NCBI GenBank assembly: GCA_964016885.1
Contig: OZ024742.1
Coordinates: 193,998,001 to 194,062,000, forward strand
Origin: Eledone cirrhosa
Taxonomy: Eukaryota
Length of the DNA: 64,000 nucleotides
Direction of reading: 5' to 3'
Position numbers and translations under genes: made by a program. The notes beneath the pieces are model-generated. The model was not told where the DNA came from. It saw nothing but the letters and a program-made list of their open reading frames with translations, and searched no databases. Positions 29,701 to 42,799 of this stretch are shown piece after piece; within the stretch, counting starts at the first letter, position 1, and each line of letters starts with the position of its first letter.

Positions 29701-30640
29701 AAAGCTGACAGGAGCGAAACTTAACCCGGAAAAGTCGATGGGCTTGCAGCTCGGCACATGGAGAGGAAAGTCCTTGCTGTCCAAAAGCGTTGCTGGGCAC
29801 TGGACCGACGGACCCATAAAGTTGCTCGCGATTTGGTTCGGATCATACTTCTAAGGGGATAAGAATTGGGACGAGGTGACGTCCTAGTTAGCTACTCTCA
29901 CACAGAAATGGGCCAAGTGGAAGCTTTCCCTGAAAAGGTGGGCGGAGCTGGTGAACACGTACAGCGCCTCCGTCATATACTACCACCTGGCAGTCATGCC
30001 TTGCCCCCATTCGCGCCTCGCCAGATTGGAACGGATCCTCTTCAATTTCTTCTGGGAGGAAGGTTCCGGTGGTGTGGAGGTTCATCTGCTGCCAGCACCC
30101 TCTACGTGGAGGTCTAGGCATGCCATGGCTAATGATGCGCAAACATGCGCTGAGCCTGCAGACCCTCCAGGTATACTGCCTAAACGGTGAACAGGTGTGG
30201 TCGCCGTTTGTCAGACGGGCCTTTCTACAGCTCGTTTATTTGACAGAGTTGCAGTCCTGAGTCAAGAAGAGACCGAGACTGGTTGACTGGCATCTGGAAT
30301 GCTGCCATTCGCTCATTGAACACCACCAGGCGGACAATGCGGTCAGTGGAAATTTCCCTCAAGAGTTCTATAGAGGATTAATGGTGGGCATGAGCGATGA
30401 CGCTTTCGACGCTCTCGGAGAGATTCTTGATGTCGACGAGAACCGACCAGCCAGTCTTTTCCGGAGGACTTTCTAGCCGGAGACTATGGACAATTCCCAG
30501 AAATCCCTCGCCTGGCAGTGCTAATGGGGAGCCCTGTCGATTCGAGATGAACTGTATAGACACGGTAGTGCTGTCATGAGAGCTCTCCGAGATGCGCGCA
30601 GAGTTTTGCACGCACTCGTCCAAGCCTCTGTTGCTGACAA
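26780..30640 (+). mobile_element. Decayed Tx1/L1-clade LINE (ORF1 knuckle, APE endonuclease, RT)
   Basis: ORF1 remnant VQGKRPHCFGCGET; APE start MGVLRVGYINVRGL (27731); RT remnants KSPGFHG, NFRPIILLNTEFNIL, QGCPL, AYTDDITV, GGLGMP. Many stops and frameshifts. Confidence 0.85.
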
Positions 30641-30654
30641 CTTATTAAGGGCAG

Positions 30655-30840
30655 TGTATAGGCAGTATCGGTAGAGGCGGACACCATGCTTTGCAGCAGA
30701 GATTTATGGTCCTTTACGGTCTGAGTTCATATGCCGCCGAGGTTAACTTTGCCTTTCATCCTTACCGGGGTCGATAAAATAAAGTACCCGTAATGTACTG
30801 GATAATTACTGGCCTTGTGCCAAATGTAGAAACAATTATT
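30655..30840 (+). mobile_element. SINE copy
   Basis: Same family as 12119-12312. Confidence 0.8.
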
Positions 30841-30843
30841 TTC

Positions 30844-30904
<61 letters not shown>

Positions 30905-30951
30905 AAGGAAAAGCGAAGTAGTTTCAGATGTTCAAGTCCTTTAATAATAAT

Positions 30952-31036
30952 TGTTTCTACTTTAGGCACAAGGCCAGCAATTACCCAGTGCATTACTGGT
31001 ACTTTATTTTATCGACCCCGTAAGGATGAAAGGCAA
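30952..31036 (-). mobile_element. 5'-truncated SINE with an 18-bp target-site duplication
   Basis: TSD aagtcctttaataataat at 30934-30951 and 31037-31054. Confidence 0.9.
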
Positions 31037-33921
31037 AAGTCCTTTAATAATAATGCTGTGATATATATTTCAATGGCGAAAGTGGCCTCAATGTTCTGTG
31101 CGCCAGTCTCGCGACATCGCCAGACAGCTTGTTACATTATAAGGTTATGTTTCCGAGGCAATCCAAATTGAATCGACATGGGCACGGACGAAGTATGTGA
31201 TTTGGGGTTCTTCACCCGTTCCCCTGTGAGTACCAATTCACCCCCACTGGTCTGTGCAGGCGCAGGTCCAGGGGGAAGTTGACCATTAGCTACCGCAGAT
31301 TTAAACGAAATTCGCTTAGTCAGTTCACTCTCTCAGCCAGACAATGACCCATTCAAGCCTGCACCATAGTTTACTGCTACCCATCCCCTCTGTGGCAGTC
31401 AGCCGAAAGCCAGTGGGGATGGGAGAGTGTTAGTATTTACATGTCTCTTTATTATCTCTCACAGTCATGGACAGTATAACTGACCATCAAGCCCTAAGAG
31501 TATATATTTAATTCTATGTATCATAGTTTCATATTAGAAGTTATAAATTAGAACTAAAAACTACAATTTAAAATCGAAAATCCTAAATCAAGTATCAGAA
31601 ATTATAAATTAAAAAATTAACAATTAGAAATTAAACAATTAAATATTTTTCCAGTGAGAATCCGGATTGAGGTGAGTAGAAAAATGATAGATTGAAGTGA
31701 GTAAATAATATGCAGAGATGTTTAAGTAAGAATTTCTGAAAGGGGTCCAAATGTTACAGTTACACTATCTACATACTGAACGATGGTGCCGTAGAGTAGA
31801 ACTGAGGGTAAATTACAGTATTACGGGTAGTAGTCAATCGGGTACATAGTCGTAATTTCCATCACACGGAACAAAACCAACAAAAACATATGTAAAGTAC
31901 ACAAAAGAAAAGAACCAATGAATGAATAAATGAATGAATGAATGAGTGAATGAATGAATGCAAAAACACAGAGTACATAAATGCAACATGATCCATATTA
32001 TTGTCAATTTACTCACTTCAATCTATAATTTTTCTACTCACCTCAATCCGGATTCTCACTTGAAAAAGCTTTAATTGTTTAATTTCTAATTGTTAATTTT
32101 TTAATTTATAATTTCTGATACTTGATTTAGGATTTTCGATTTTAAATTGTAGTTTTTAGTTCTAATTTATAACTTCTAATATGAAACTATGATACATAGA
32201 ATTAAATATATACTCTTAGGGCTTGATGGTCAGTTATAATGTCCATGACTGTGAGAGGTAATAAAGAGACATGTAAATACTAACACTCTCCCATCCCCAC
32301 TGGCTTTCGGCTGACTGCCACAGACGGGATGGGTAGCAGTAAACTATGGTCAGGCTTGAATGGGTCATTGCCTGGCTGAGAGAGTGAACTGACTAAGCGA
32401 ATTTCGTTTAAATCTGCGGTAGCTAATGGTCAACTTCCCCCTGGACCTGCGCCTGCACAGACCAGTGGGGGTGAATTGGTACTCACAGGGGAACGGGTGA
32501 AGAACCCCAAATCACATACTTCGTCCGTGCCCATGTCGATTCAATTTGGATTGCCTCGGAAACATAACCTTATAATGTAACAAGCGGTCTGACGATGTCG
32601 CGAGACTGGAGCACAGAACATGGTGGCCACTTTCGCCATTGAAATGTATATCACACCATTATTATTAAAGGACTTGAACATCTGAAACTACTTCGCTTTT
32701 CCTTATTCGATATTTACTCCATCACTCCTATGGGTAATAAGTACGTTGAGTACTTGATTTGAATTTCATCAATGTTTACCCTCAGAATTTAGCTCCAATT
32801 AGTTGAGCGCTCTATGATGTAACCAATATGGTGGAGAAGAGAGGAACCAACCATGAGCTATCCCTGGAAATTCTCTATACCATGGGATGGAAACCCCTGA
32901 CACTGGACGGACATAATAATAACTTTCGGCAGGTTAAATACGCGGAAACAAAGATAAACCCCTATTTTTCTGCACCAAATCGCATTTGAACAGAAGCCCC
33001 CTCAATTCAACCTATACATGGACAAATTGACAATAATATGGATCATTTTGCATATATGTACTCTGTGATTTTGCATTCATTCATTCATTCATTCACTCAT
33101 TCATTCATTCATTTATTCATTCATTGGTATTTTTCTTTTGTGCACTTTATATATGTTTTTGTTGGTTTTGTTCCATGTCATGGAAATTACGACAATGTAC
33201 CCGATTGACTACTACCCGTAATACTGTAATTTACCCTCAGTTCTACTGTACGGCACCATCGTTCAGTATGTAGATAGTGTAACTGTAACATTTGGACCCC
33301 TTTCAGAAATTCTTACTTAAACATCTCTCTGCATATTCATTACTCACTTCAATCTATAATTTTTTTACTCACGTCAATCCGGATTCTCACTTGAAAAATA
33401 TTTAATTGTTTAATTTCTAATTGTTATTTTTTAAATTTATAATTTCTGATACTTGATTTAGGATTTTCGATTTTAAATTGTAGTTTTTAGTTCTAATTTT
33501 TACTTATAACTTCTAATATGAAACTATGATACATAGAATTAAATATATCCTCCTAGGGCTTGATGGTCAGTTATACTGTCCATGACTGTGAGAGGTAGTA
33601 AAGAGATCTCTAAATACTAACACTCTCCCATCCCCACTGGCTTTCGGATGACTGTCACAGATGGGATGTGTAGCAGTAAACTATGGTGCAGGCTTGAATG
33701 GGTCATTGTCTGGCTGAGAGAGGGAACTGACTAAGCGAATTTCGTTTAAATCTGCGGTAGCTAATGGTCAACTTCCCCCTGGACCTACGCCTGCGAAGAC
33801 CAGTAGGGATGTATTGGTACTCACAGGGGAACGGATGAAGAACCCAAAAGCACATACGTCGTCCGTTCCTATGTCGATTCAATTTGGATTGCCTCGGAAA
33901 CATAACCTTATAATGTAACAA

Positions 33922-33995
33922 GCGGTCTGACGATGTCGCGAGACTGGCGCACAGAACAGTGTGGCCACTTTCGCCATTGAAATATATATCACAGC
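33922..33995 (+). ncRNA. Type I hammerhead ribozyme with long stem II (copies: 32584-32657 +, 35293-35366 +, 31055-31128 - with core mutated to CTGGCGA)
   Basis: GCgGT-CTGACGA-tGTcGCGAGAcTGGC..GCCAcTTTCGCcATt-GAAA-TATATA-TC|ACaGC; stem I is perfect (GCTGT/ACAGC) in the 31055 copy; AUC site. Confidence 0.8.
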
Positions 33996-34122
33996 ATTAT
34001 TATTAACGGAATTGAGAATCTGAAACTACTTCGCTTTTCCTTATTCGATATTTACTCCGTCACTCCTATGTGGAATAAGTACGTTGAGTGCTTGATTTGA
34101 ATTGCATCAATATTTACCCTAA

Positions 34123-34203
<81 letters not shown>

Positions 34204-34310
34204 AAAATAAATATATATATATATAGTAATATTAATAAAATTGAAGACTAAAATCCAAAGAGGGCTCGATAAGGAAAATATATATCAAATATATAAGAAT
34301 CGTAGAGCAA

Positions 34311-34461
34311 ATATTTATTAAAATAACAGATTAAAGTTTAAGCAAAGAATCGCTGCTTTCACCCTTAACGGGATCTTCTGAAACTCAGTTTCAGAAGATC
34401 CCGTTAAGGGTGAAAGCAGCGATTCTTTGCTTAAACTTTAATCTGTTATTTTAATAAATAT
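34311..34461. repeat. 151-bp perfect palindrome (1-nt loop) of two back-to-back CAGAAGA-variant hammerheads (34335-34385 -, 34387-34437 +)
   Basis: Centre C34386; AGTTT-CAGAAGA-tCCCgttaaGGGt-GAAA-GCAG..TTGC-TT|AAACT. Same family as 16877-16942. Confidence 0.8.
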
Positions 34462-35493
34462 ATACAAAGTAAAAGAAAAAACAATAACAGGGAGTGCAGT
34501 TGCGAACAGTGTTAGTATTAGGTTGACGTTTTCGAGTGGGGGTAGGTGGACGGCGTTTCGGGCATAAACCCTTCATCAGGAGAAAGGTGGAAAGGAAAAG
34601 ATTTCCGAGAGAGTGTGATAGGGGAGTGGTGGAAAGACACGAAAAGAGAGGGGTGGTTAATGAAGGAAAACAAATAAAATGAAGATAAGTGGTGAAAGGG
34701 TTTCATATTAATTACTCACTTCAACCTATAATTTTTTTACTCACGTCAATCCGGATTCTCACTTGAAAAATATTTAATTGTTTAATTTCTAATTGTTATT
34801 TTTTAAATTTATAATTTCTGATACTTGATTTAGGATTTTCGATTTTAAATTGTAGTTTTTAGTTCTAATTTCACTTATAACTTCTAATATGAAACTATGA
34901 TACATAGAATTAAATATATCCTCCTAGGGCTTGATGGTCAGTTATACTGTTCATGACTGTGAGAGGTATTAAAGAGATCTCTAAATACTAACACTCTCCC
35001 ATCCCCACTGGCTTTCGGCTGACTGTCACAGATGGGATGTGTAGCAGTAAACTATGGTGCAGGCTTGAATGGGACATTGTCTGGCTGAGAGAGGGAACTG
35101 ACTAAGCGAATTTCGTTTAAATCTGCGGTAGCTAATGGTCAACTTCCCCCTGGACCTGCGCCTGCGCAGACCAGTAGGGGTGCATTGGTACTCACAGGGG
35201 AACGGATGAAGAACCCAAAAGCACATACGTCGTCCGTTCCCATGTTGATTCAATTTGGATTGGCTCGGAAACATAACCTTATAATGTAACAAGCGGTCTG
35301 ACGATGTCGCGAGACTGGCGCACAGAACAGTGTGGCCACTTTCGCCATTGAAATATATATCACAGCATTATTATTAACGGAATTGAGAATCTGAAACTAC
35401 TTCGCTTTTCCTTATTCGATATTTACTCCGTCACTCCTATGTGGAATAAGTACGTTGAGTGCTTGATTTGAATTGCATCAATGTTTACCCTAA

Positions 35494-35542
<49 letters not shown>

Positions 35543-35940
35543 AAGTAAAAGAAAAAACAATAACAGGGAGTGCAGTTGCGAACAGTGTTAGTATTACGTT
35601 GACGTTTTCGAGTGGGAGTAGGTGGACGGCGTTTCGGGCATAAACCCTTCATCAGGAGAAAGGTGGAAAGGAAAAGAGTTCCGAGAGAGTGTGATAGGGG
35701 AGTGGTGGGAAGACACGAAAAGGGAGGGGTGGTTAATGAAGGAAAACAAATAAAATGAAAATAAGTGGTGAAAGGGTTTCAGGCGTGTAGAGGTGGTGGT
35801 GGGTGGATGAAGGGGTAGCGGAGAAGGAAACAGGGGGTGCGAGAGGGGAGGTCGGACGGTGGTGGCGTGTGTATGTGTGAATGTGTATGCGTGGATGTGA
35901 GTGTAAGAGTTTGTTGGTGAAGAACGAGGTTCCATGCTCG
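34462..35940 (-). repeat. Two copies (34462-34706 and 35519-35940) of a repeat carrying an HHR core without obvious stem I
   Basis: Minus strand CTGATGA-aGGGtttatgCCC-GAAA-CGCCGTC at about 34546-34578 and 35624-35655. Confidence 0.55.
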
Positions 35941-35944
35941 GGTA

Positions 35945-36087
35945 ATATATATAATATAGAAATGGCTTCTACTGGACTAGAACTGTTTCACTCGAAGGAA
36001 ATCAATCAGGAAATCATCAGAATATTTATACTCTGCTATGAATTGCCTACCTTACTTACTATGGTTACCCCCCGATTGAACCCGAGA
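35945..36087. repeat. Fragment of the repeat family also at 62594-62672 and 63630-63807, with a decayed HHR on the minus strand
   Basis: Shared gcttcta..ggactagaactgtttca and tactctgc.atg...taccttacttact.tggtta.ccc.gatt.aaccc. Confidence 0.65.
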
Positions 36088-36123
36088 TACACACACACAC
36101 ACACACATACAAACACACACACG

Positions 36124-36175
<52 letters not shown>

Positions 36176-37100
36176 CATAATCGGAGAAAGCTAATAGCGA
36201 TACTCCGGCCAAATTCCAACTCACTCAACAAACATTAGGAAATATCTGAGTATATTCCTAATTAAACGTTCGGGGTGCTAACTATATTGTATTGTGTGGA
36301 AAATTGGCTGTATCATTTCATATGAGATATATCAAATATATCTCTTCCCAGACGGACCTCTCGTTTCACTATAAGATTTCTACAAGTTGGATGAAAGTAC
36401 ACCAATTTATGTAGAAGCTTGTATAAGATCAACAGATACTTATTCAAGTGGGCTCTTATAATTCTTCAGTGGGTGCCCAATAATATTAATATTGTTAACC
36501 AAATCAACATCAATATTTAGCGATAATTACCATCAGTGCTTGAGGGAGCTGCTAGGTTGTTAGTCCAACAGTTCTAAAGAAAATCTCACACTGTCTCGAA
36601 AATATGAGGAAGGAAACTACCGCCAGAAAACAATATATGCGCAGGTCAATGAATTCTGAAAAGAATTCAAGCCACGTGCTAGAACTCAATTGGATTTGAA
36701 AAAATATATATACACGTCTGTGTATGTTTAGATATATATGTTTCCTTGTATGTTGTCTCTCTGACAGTTAATTTAATGGTAATGTCCTGTGAGTGTGATG
36801 CAGCTTAATATAGGAGCCACTTAGTACACTGTCTGTCACAGTACCTGTATTTGGTCTATTTATATTCGGTATATTTGATTATGGCTCTGAAAGTCATGAT
36901 CAGTTCTTATTTGAATCTAGTTTAATAGTTGTCTAAGGTGCTGAGTGCATGTTTATGGATTACGTTTGCTTAATTTGGTGGACATCATTGATATTATTAC
37001 TATAACATTAAATGTTTTAACATTTTCGATAACAATCACTCCTTGGAAGGTAGACACAGAGTAGGGAGCATGATTTGGAGATAGAAAATGAAAACGTTTG

Positions 37101-37134
<34 letters not shown>

Positions 37135-40100
37135 CACACACGTATTCTCGCGCGCACGCGCGTGTGAGTTTGTGTGTTTGTACGTGTGATGTGAGAGGGG
37201 TGTCTATGTTTAAAAGAAGAAAGAGGTTAATTTCATACAAATTTCCGGAAACCAATTTCCGCTGATGTTTTGAAGTTTTATAAATCAACCATGTACATTA
37301 ATTATATTTGCATAATTGTTTGCCGTATAGAATCCTTAGAGAAATATATTTTATACGTTTCATATTAGTTTATTCCTCTTTTAGTATTTGAACTTTGTAA
37401 CATTATGACAATTGAAATACTGTAATTGAAAGAGAACACTTAATAAAATGTTATAGAAAACACTTACGGTAATATTTGAATATATTCCTAAGATGTTTAC
37501 TACCATAATTAACAATGGAATTACTTCAGCGAATAAATTTAGAACGAGATAAATGTTTAGAGCTGGCAGAAATACATAAAGATGAAAATATTTATTCAAA
37601 ATATTTCAAAATCTTTCAACAGTTCCTGAATACTGACAGTGATTATCGTTTAAATGTAATTTCTTTAGAAGGTATATGTTTATCCGAATTTCTTGCAATG
37701 GCTTACAAAACAATTAATTTCATTTCTTTCTTTCTTTCTGAGCACATTGACTTTGTAAACTAAAATGTTCTCATATTTCAGTAAAATCACAAAGCGTACC
37801 ATGTTTTATGGACGAGGCACAAATAGAAGAAAAATGAAAAAAAAAGGACGGGTTAGGGAGGATTTTACAGAGGTTTTTGAAGACATGAAGAATATAAAGG
37901 ATAGTTAGACTATAGCAGGATGCGAATTTGAATTCGTATTGGAATTAATATTCAACACATGCCACTTATTGTTAGGCTTTGCAATTATTTTACGGTATAG
38001 TAGCACATATGATACATTTGGTGCATAACCAAGGTAGGATAAGAACAAAAGTCATTAAATAACAGAATCGTTAAAATAATTAGTAAATAAATCAAAAGGA
38101 ATATAACATTGGATATTTTTCTATCTATAAATTAGAAATTTCTTCACAATAAAGGGAAATGAATGTTGATAATCTCACAAAAAACACATATAGAATATAT
38201 CTAAAATTTATAATTATGTATTTAAGATAATATCACCTGTCATTTTATTTCGTTTTTTTTTTTCATGGTACATATTATTATATCGAAATCATGTACAGAT
38301 GTGAATGCGATAAAGAATATATGTAGTTTTCCTGTGAGCTATTCAATATGAACGTTTGTCTAAGAAATTGATTTCACTGCCGACAATTTTTATTTTTTAA
38401 ATTTCTATCATTCATGCAGATTGGAAAATAGTGAATTTCCCGACTCCCAAAGATATGATCATTGTATGTAAATATCTCGAGTCTCAAGGATGATGTACAA
38501 ATAAAGGTCCTTTACTGGTCTGAAACGTACCCAAATCCTTACACTAGATTAAAGAAATGCAAGAGCTAGCTGCATCTGTTAAGCAGATAACACAATAAGC
38601 CTGATATCTACGAATGAGAAAAATATATAGGATGGACTTTCTTACAATTTCCTCCAACTCGTGGCTTCATTCGATCCGAAGTTATACAAGGACACATTTT
38701 CTCAAGGCTTCACGCCCTGGGATAGAACCTGATGTCTCACAGTTGCAATCCTAACTTCTTAAACACATGGACATGTTTACGACTATGATAGTTGATGTCT
38801 TGAAATTTAAGATATGTATTATTTTTTCACTTAAGTTTTACCAAGAAAGGCAATTATAATAATTTTAGCAAATTCACAAGGCCGACAATTGGTAAACTCT
38901 ATCAATTGACAAGTAACTGTTACAGGTATTTTATCAGGCACAATAGTATATAATAAAGTCCTTATTTCTGTGAAGTAAATCACTTCTTTATTTTGCCTCG
39001 CTGCCTGCGTCTCTCTCGGTCACTCTATTTCTCACTATTATAAGCTAATGGTCGCCCACTCGCTGGCTGCCCCTCGGCCCCAGTGGACAGAATAGAGAAG
39101 GCGTTTCTTCGGAGGATGGTGAGGGAAATGCTTTGGAAGATCCATTCTAGCTCTCGAGGCACACCTCTGCTACGGGTCAACAGCAAATCAGTCTGAGAGA
39201 GACCAATATTTAGAGAAGACTTTTTAAAATATCTTTAACATTTTTATCTTGATGTATTATTGCCAAGTCAGAACATTTACATCGTTATAAGTTCAGTCGA
39301 TGAAGTAATTCTATTCCTAATGTCGGTAGTAAACGTCTTACGGGTATATTCAATTAAAGACTAATTGTATGATATAACATGCTATTAAGTATATAGATAT
39401 GAAAATATACAGAACATGTATATTATCTTCATTGCTGTATGAATGCGAAACGTGCGTCGCATACCACTGAAAAGAAAATGCTTGAACAATTTCCCCTAAC
39501 AGGGTCTGTTGAAGTGCTGAAACGAAGTCATTTTCATATTGAATGTCTCACAATTCCACATAAATCGCATTGCCCTGCAGTGTCTATGTGGTAAGAACGC
39601 CAGATCATCGTGTTCCTTAATGATTTCTGTAAGAGAAATAACACTTGTGTAAATACAACAAAAGAGTTCCGATGAAGTGAAAATGATGAACTGAAAAACA
39701 TTGCCTTGAGATTGATCATCTTACAAAAGAACTGTGTTTAATAGATTACAGGAGTTTGAAAAATTTCATACGAAGCATGGGACATTGAAGTAGGCTTCGT
39801 TATGGCCTGCATGCTAATATTTCACCTGGAGATTCGAAATCTCAAAATGACATATGTATAATGTTTGCTGATGAGTTTTCCTCACAGTAAAACTGCTCTT
39901 ATATGTCTTCAGAAAGATTATTCCCCATTTCTTCGTCTAAGGCATGTGGAGAATAATACTCCAAGGTAGGTTTACTCGGATGTCATTTGAAAGTTCAAAA
40001 TGAAACGGGAACCAAAGTGGGAATACTTTTCATTACTGCATCATATGCAGAAACGAATGTATGTCGTTAGCAGAAATACAAATTCGGGTACGTGCCATCT

Positions 40101-40508
40101 CTGTATGAGAAAAAGATCAAATAATGCCAATTCTCGAGAATAGAGATACAGGTATCTTGTGTGTATCAACATACATACGTACATACTAATATATATATAA
40201 ATAAATATATATATAAATAAATTCATTAAATAAAAATGGCGTAGACTTTAAAATACAAGGTGAGGAAACATAATAGTACCACTGATGATATTGCATATGT
40301 GTGACGAAAGATCCTTGATAGACTATATATATATATTTATATATTTATATCTGTATGTTTAATCGTTGGTCAATCAATGATAAACATTGATTGCCAAATA
40401 AATTAACTATGGAGATATAAAAGATACAGAAGCGGAAGCCAACCCAAACTAAACAGTAACTGTGTTCTCTTATGTTTCTGGTCTGGCATATATATATATA
40501 TATGTGTG

Positions 40509-40540
<32 letters not shown>

Positions 40541-40617
40541 ATATATTGTGCGTATATGCATTTGTGTGTGTGGGGGGATGTATTTGGTTCGTACAACTGT
40601 ATTCCATCAGGTTCATG

Positions 40618-40698
<81 letters not shown>

Positions 40699-42799
40699 AT
40701 ATATATATATATATATTGTTATACTTGGGGAGGGTCATATTTGTGTAATATTGCCAGAATTAATAACAGAACACACTCACTATATATATATATATATATA
40801 ATACGAGTACGTGTTGTTTATTTACCGACGATAACTTCAGTATGCAGGATAGAGCATTCGGCGAATTTCGCAGGTGGGTCTGTTTACTCCGAAGTAAATT
40901 TATAAACAAGAAGTGCCAGTCAACAAGATATAAATAACTTCGTTTATTTGTAGTGGATGTTATACATATTTCGGTGATAACCATTATGCAACAGCTATGT
41001 CCTCATAATGCAGCTAGAATTGGAACAGAAGAAGCAGAAAAACATAACGATGTTACCCGTATAGTGAATGCCATACACTGCTCTGACTCTATACGTAACA
41101 ACATGGAACACTTGACATAAATAGATTAATTCGAATACCATAATTCATAATGTCTTTACTATTGACAGATTTAGGATATTTTACAATTGCTATATATGTT
41201 ACTTATGATTTTAATAATTCTTATCACAATAACGGAGATATTTCACATCTCGCATTTTGAAACGATTTAGTTTACCTTATTCAACTTTCTATCTCTTGTT
41301 GCTCTAATATTGTAAGACCTGTGTAATAATTGTGTTTAAATTTGACGTTTTATTTCTGTGCATGTGATCTCTTTTGCATATGTTTATATGTGGATTTCAA
41401 CCGACAGGAAAATATTCTCATTTGTTAAACAATTGTGGCAGATGGTTTCATGAATATAAATATATGAAATATATAGCTCAAATAAATTGAAATGTAAGTG
41501 TTGATAATTTGCAAATCGAATTCACTTTGGTAAATGCTTTAATAGACCCCACATAAACATATATAATGCAAGATTTCAAAATGGGAATTATGCCAGCATC
41601 TCCACATATACGGCGCAGATTGTTAGTCAAGTCTTGAAATATTGTATTGATAGAAAGTAATATATGTAGAAACATATATAGCTAGCACAAATCATAATCA
41701 TACTGAAAGGCAATATAAAATTTTTAAAACGATCACGAAATTTTAATTCTATATAGGTAGATGATAATATAAATATCAGTAAGGACAACTTAATTATATC
41801 AAATACATATATGAACCTATACACATTATATTCATCTATAAAGAACATTACTTTGGTCTTGCTGTGAGTATTTTAAGCAGTGGAATTATCCCAGTCATCT
41901 TTTTATTGGTGTAAGTGTGATGTATCCGTGTTTTACCAGCTGTAAAATATATATATATCCACTCTTCTTACCCAGTGATTTGTTAAAGCCTTACAATTAT
42001 TAGGGTGAAAATAAATGTATGTATATTATACATAAACAAACTGTGTTAGTGCCAATGAATAAATGGTTGCTTGAAGAAAAAAAATAAACTTGTCCCCGGA
42101 TTCTAATTTCAACGCCAGTAGCATCTATAAGAAACCTACTGACGGCAAGAATTAGCAGTCAAATCTCCATTCAAATCAAACCCTAAACTCGTAAAGGCAA
42201 GAGCACAAATCGAATAATGTGGTTCTTTACGCATTATAGCTGGAAAAAGATTAATGCTCAAAGTTTAAATGCCTTTCTGTATATGTTTGGCAGGCAATGA
42301 CCATGTGAAGCGAAATTGAAAACATATTTAATATCAACAACCACAACAGTCAACAATTCAAGTATATATTAATTTTGAAAGTCGAGGAAAGTTAGAATAT
42401 GGAGCAGTGATGTTTTCGTAGGATTGCACAATGAATTTCTCATACATTTTCATTCCACTATTAATAGAATTAATTATCTTCCAGGTTACTAAGATTTCCA
42501 ATTAAAAAACCAAATTAAGCATATTATCTCGAGTAACATTTTCTAGTAGCGATCGGAATATTTGGGAGAAGGAATTTAACTTGCGTCATATTCAAAACAG
42601 TAAGTGCTCTGTCTGCGCTTAGATTATTTATTACTTATCGCATTTAGGTACACACACACATACACACACACATATATATATATATATAAATATATATATA
42701 TAAATTTTGAGTATATGTTCGTTGTTTACCGACACCTGAGTATACAGATTGAAGCACTCGACGAAGTACGCAGGTTGGTTTGTTTACTCCGGAGTAATG

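Larger units (their letters stand above)
30901..35494. mobile_element. Non-coding HHR-bearing repeat (~1.33-kb period): inverted arm 30901-32010, tandem 32009-34122, further copy 34704-35494
   Basis: ttactcacttca recurs at 32009, 33340 and about 34712; each block ends at (TA)n; one HHR per unit. Confidence 0.8.

Noticed and set aside
39040-39130. GC-rich patch resembling an HDV-like ribozyme
   Set aside because: Could not build the nested double pseudoknot or the L3 consensus by eye.
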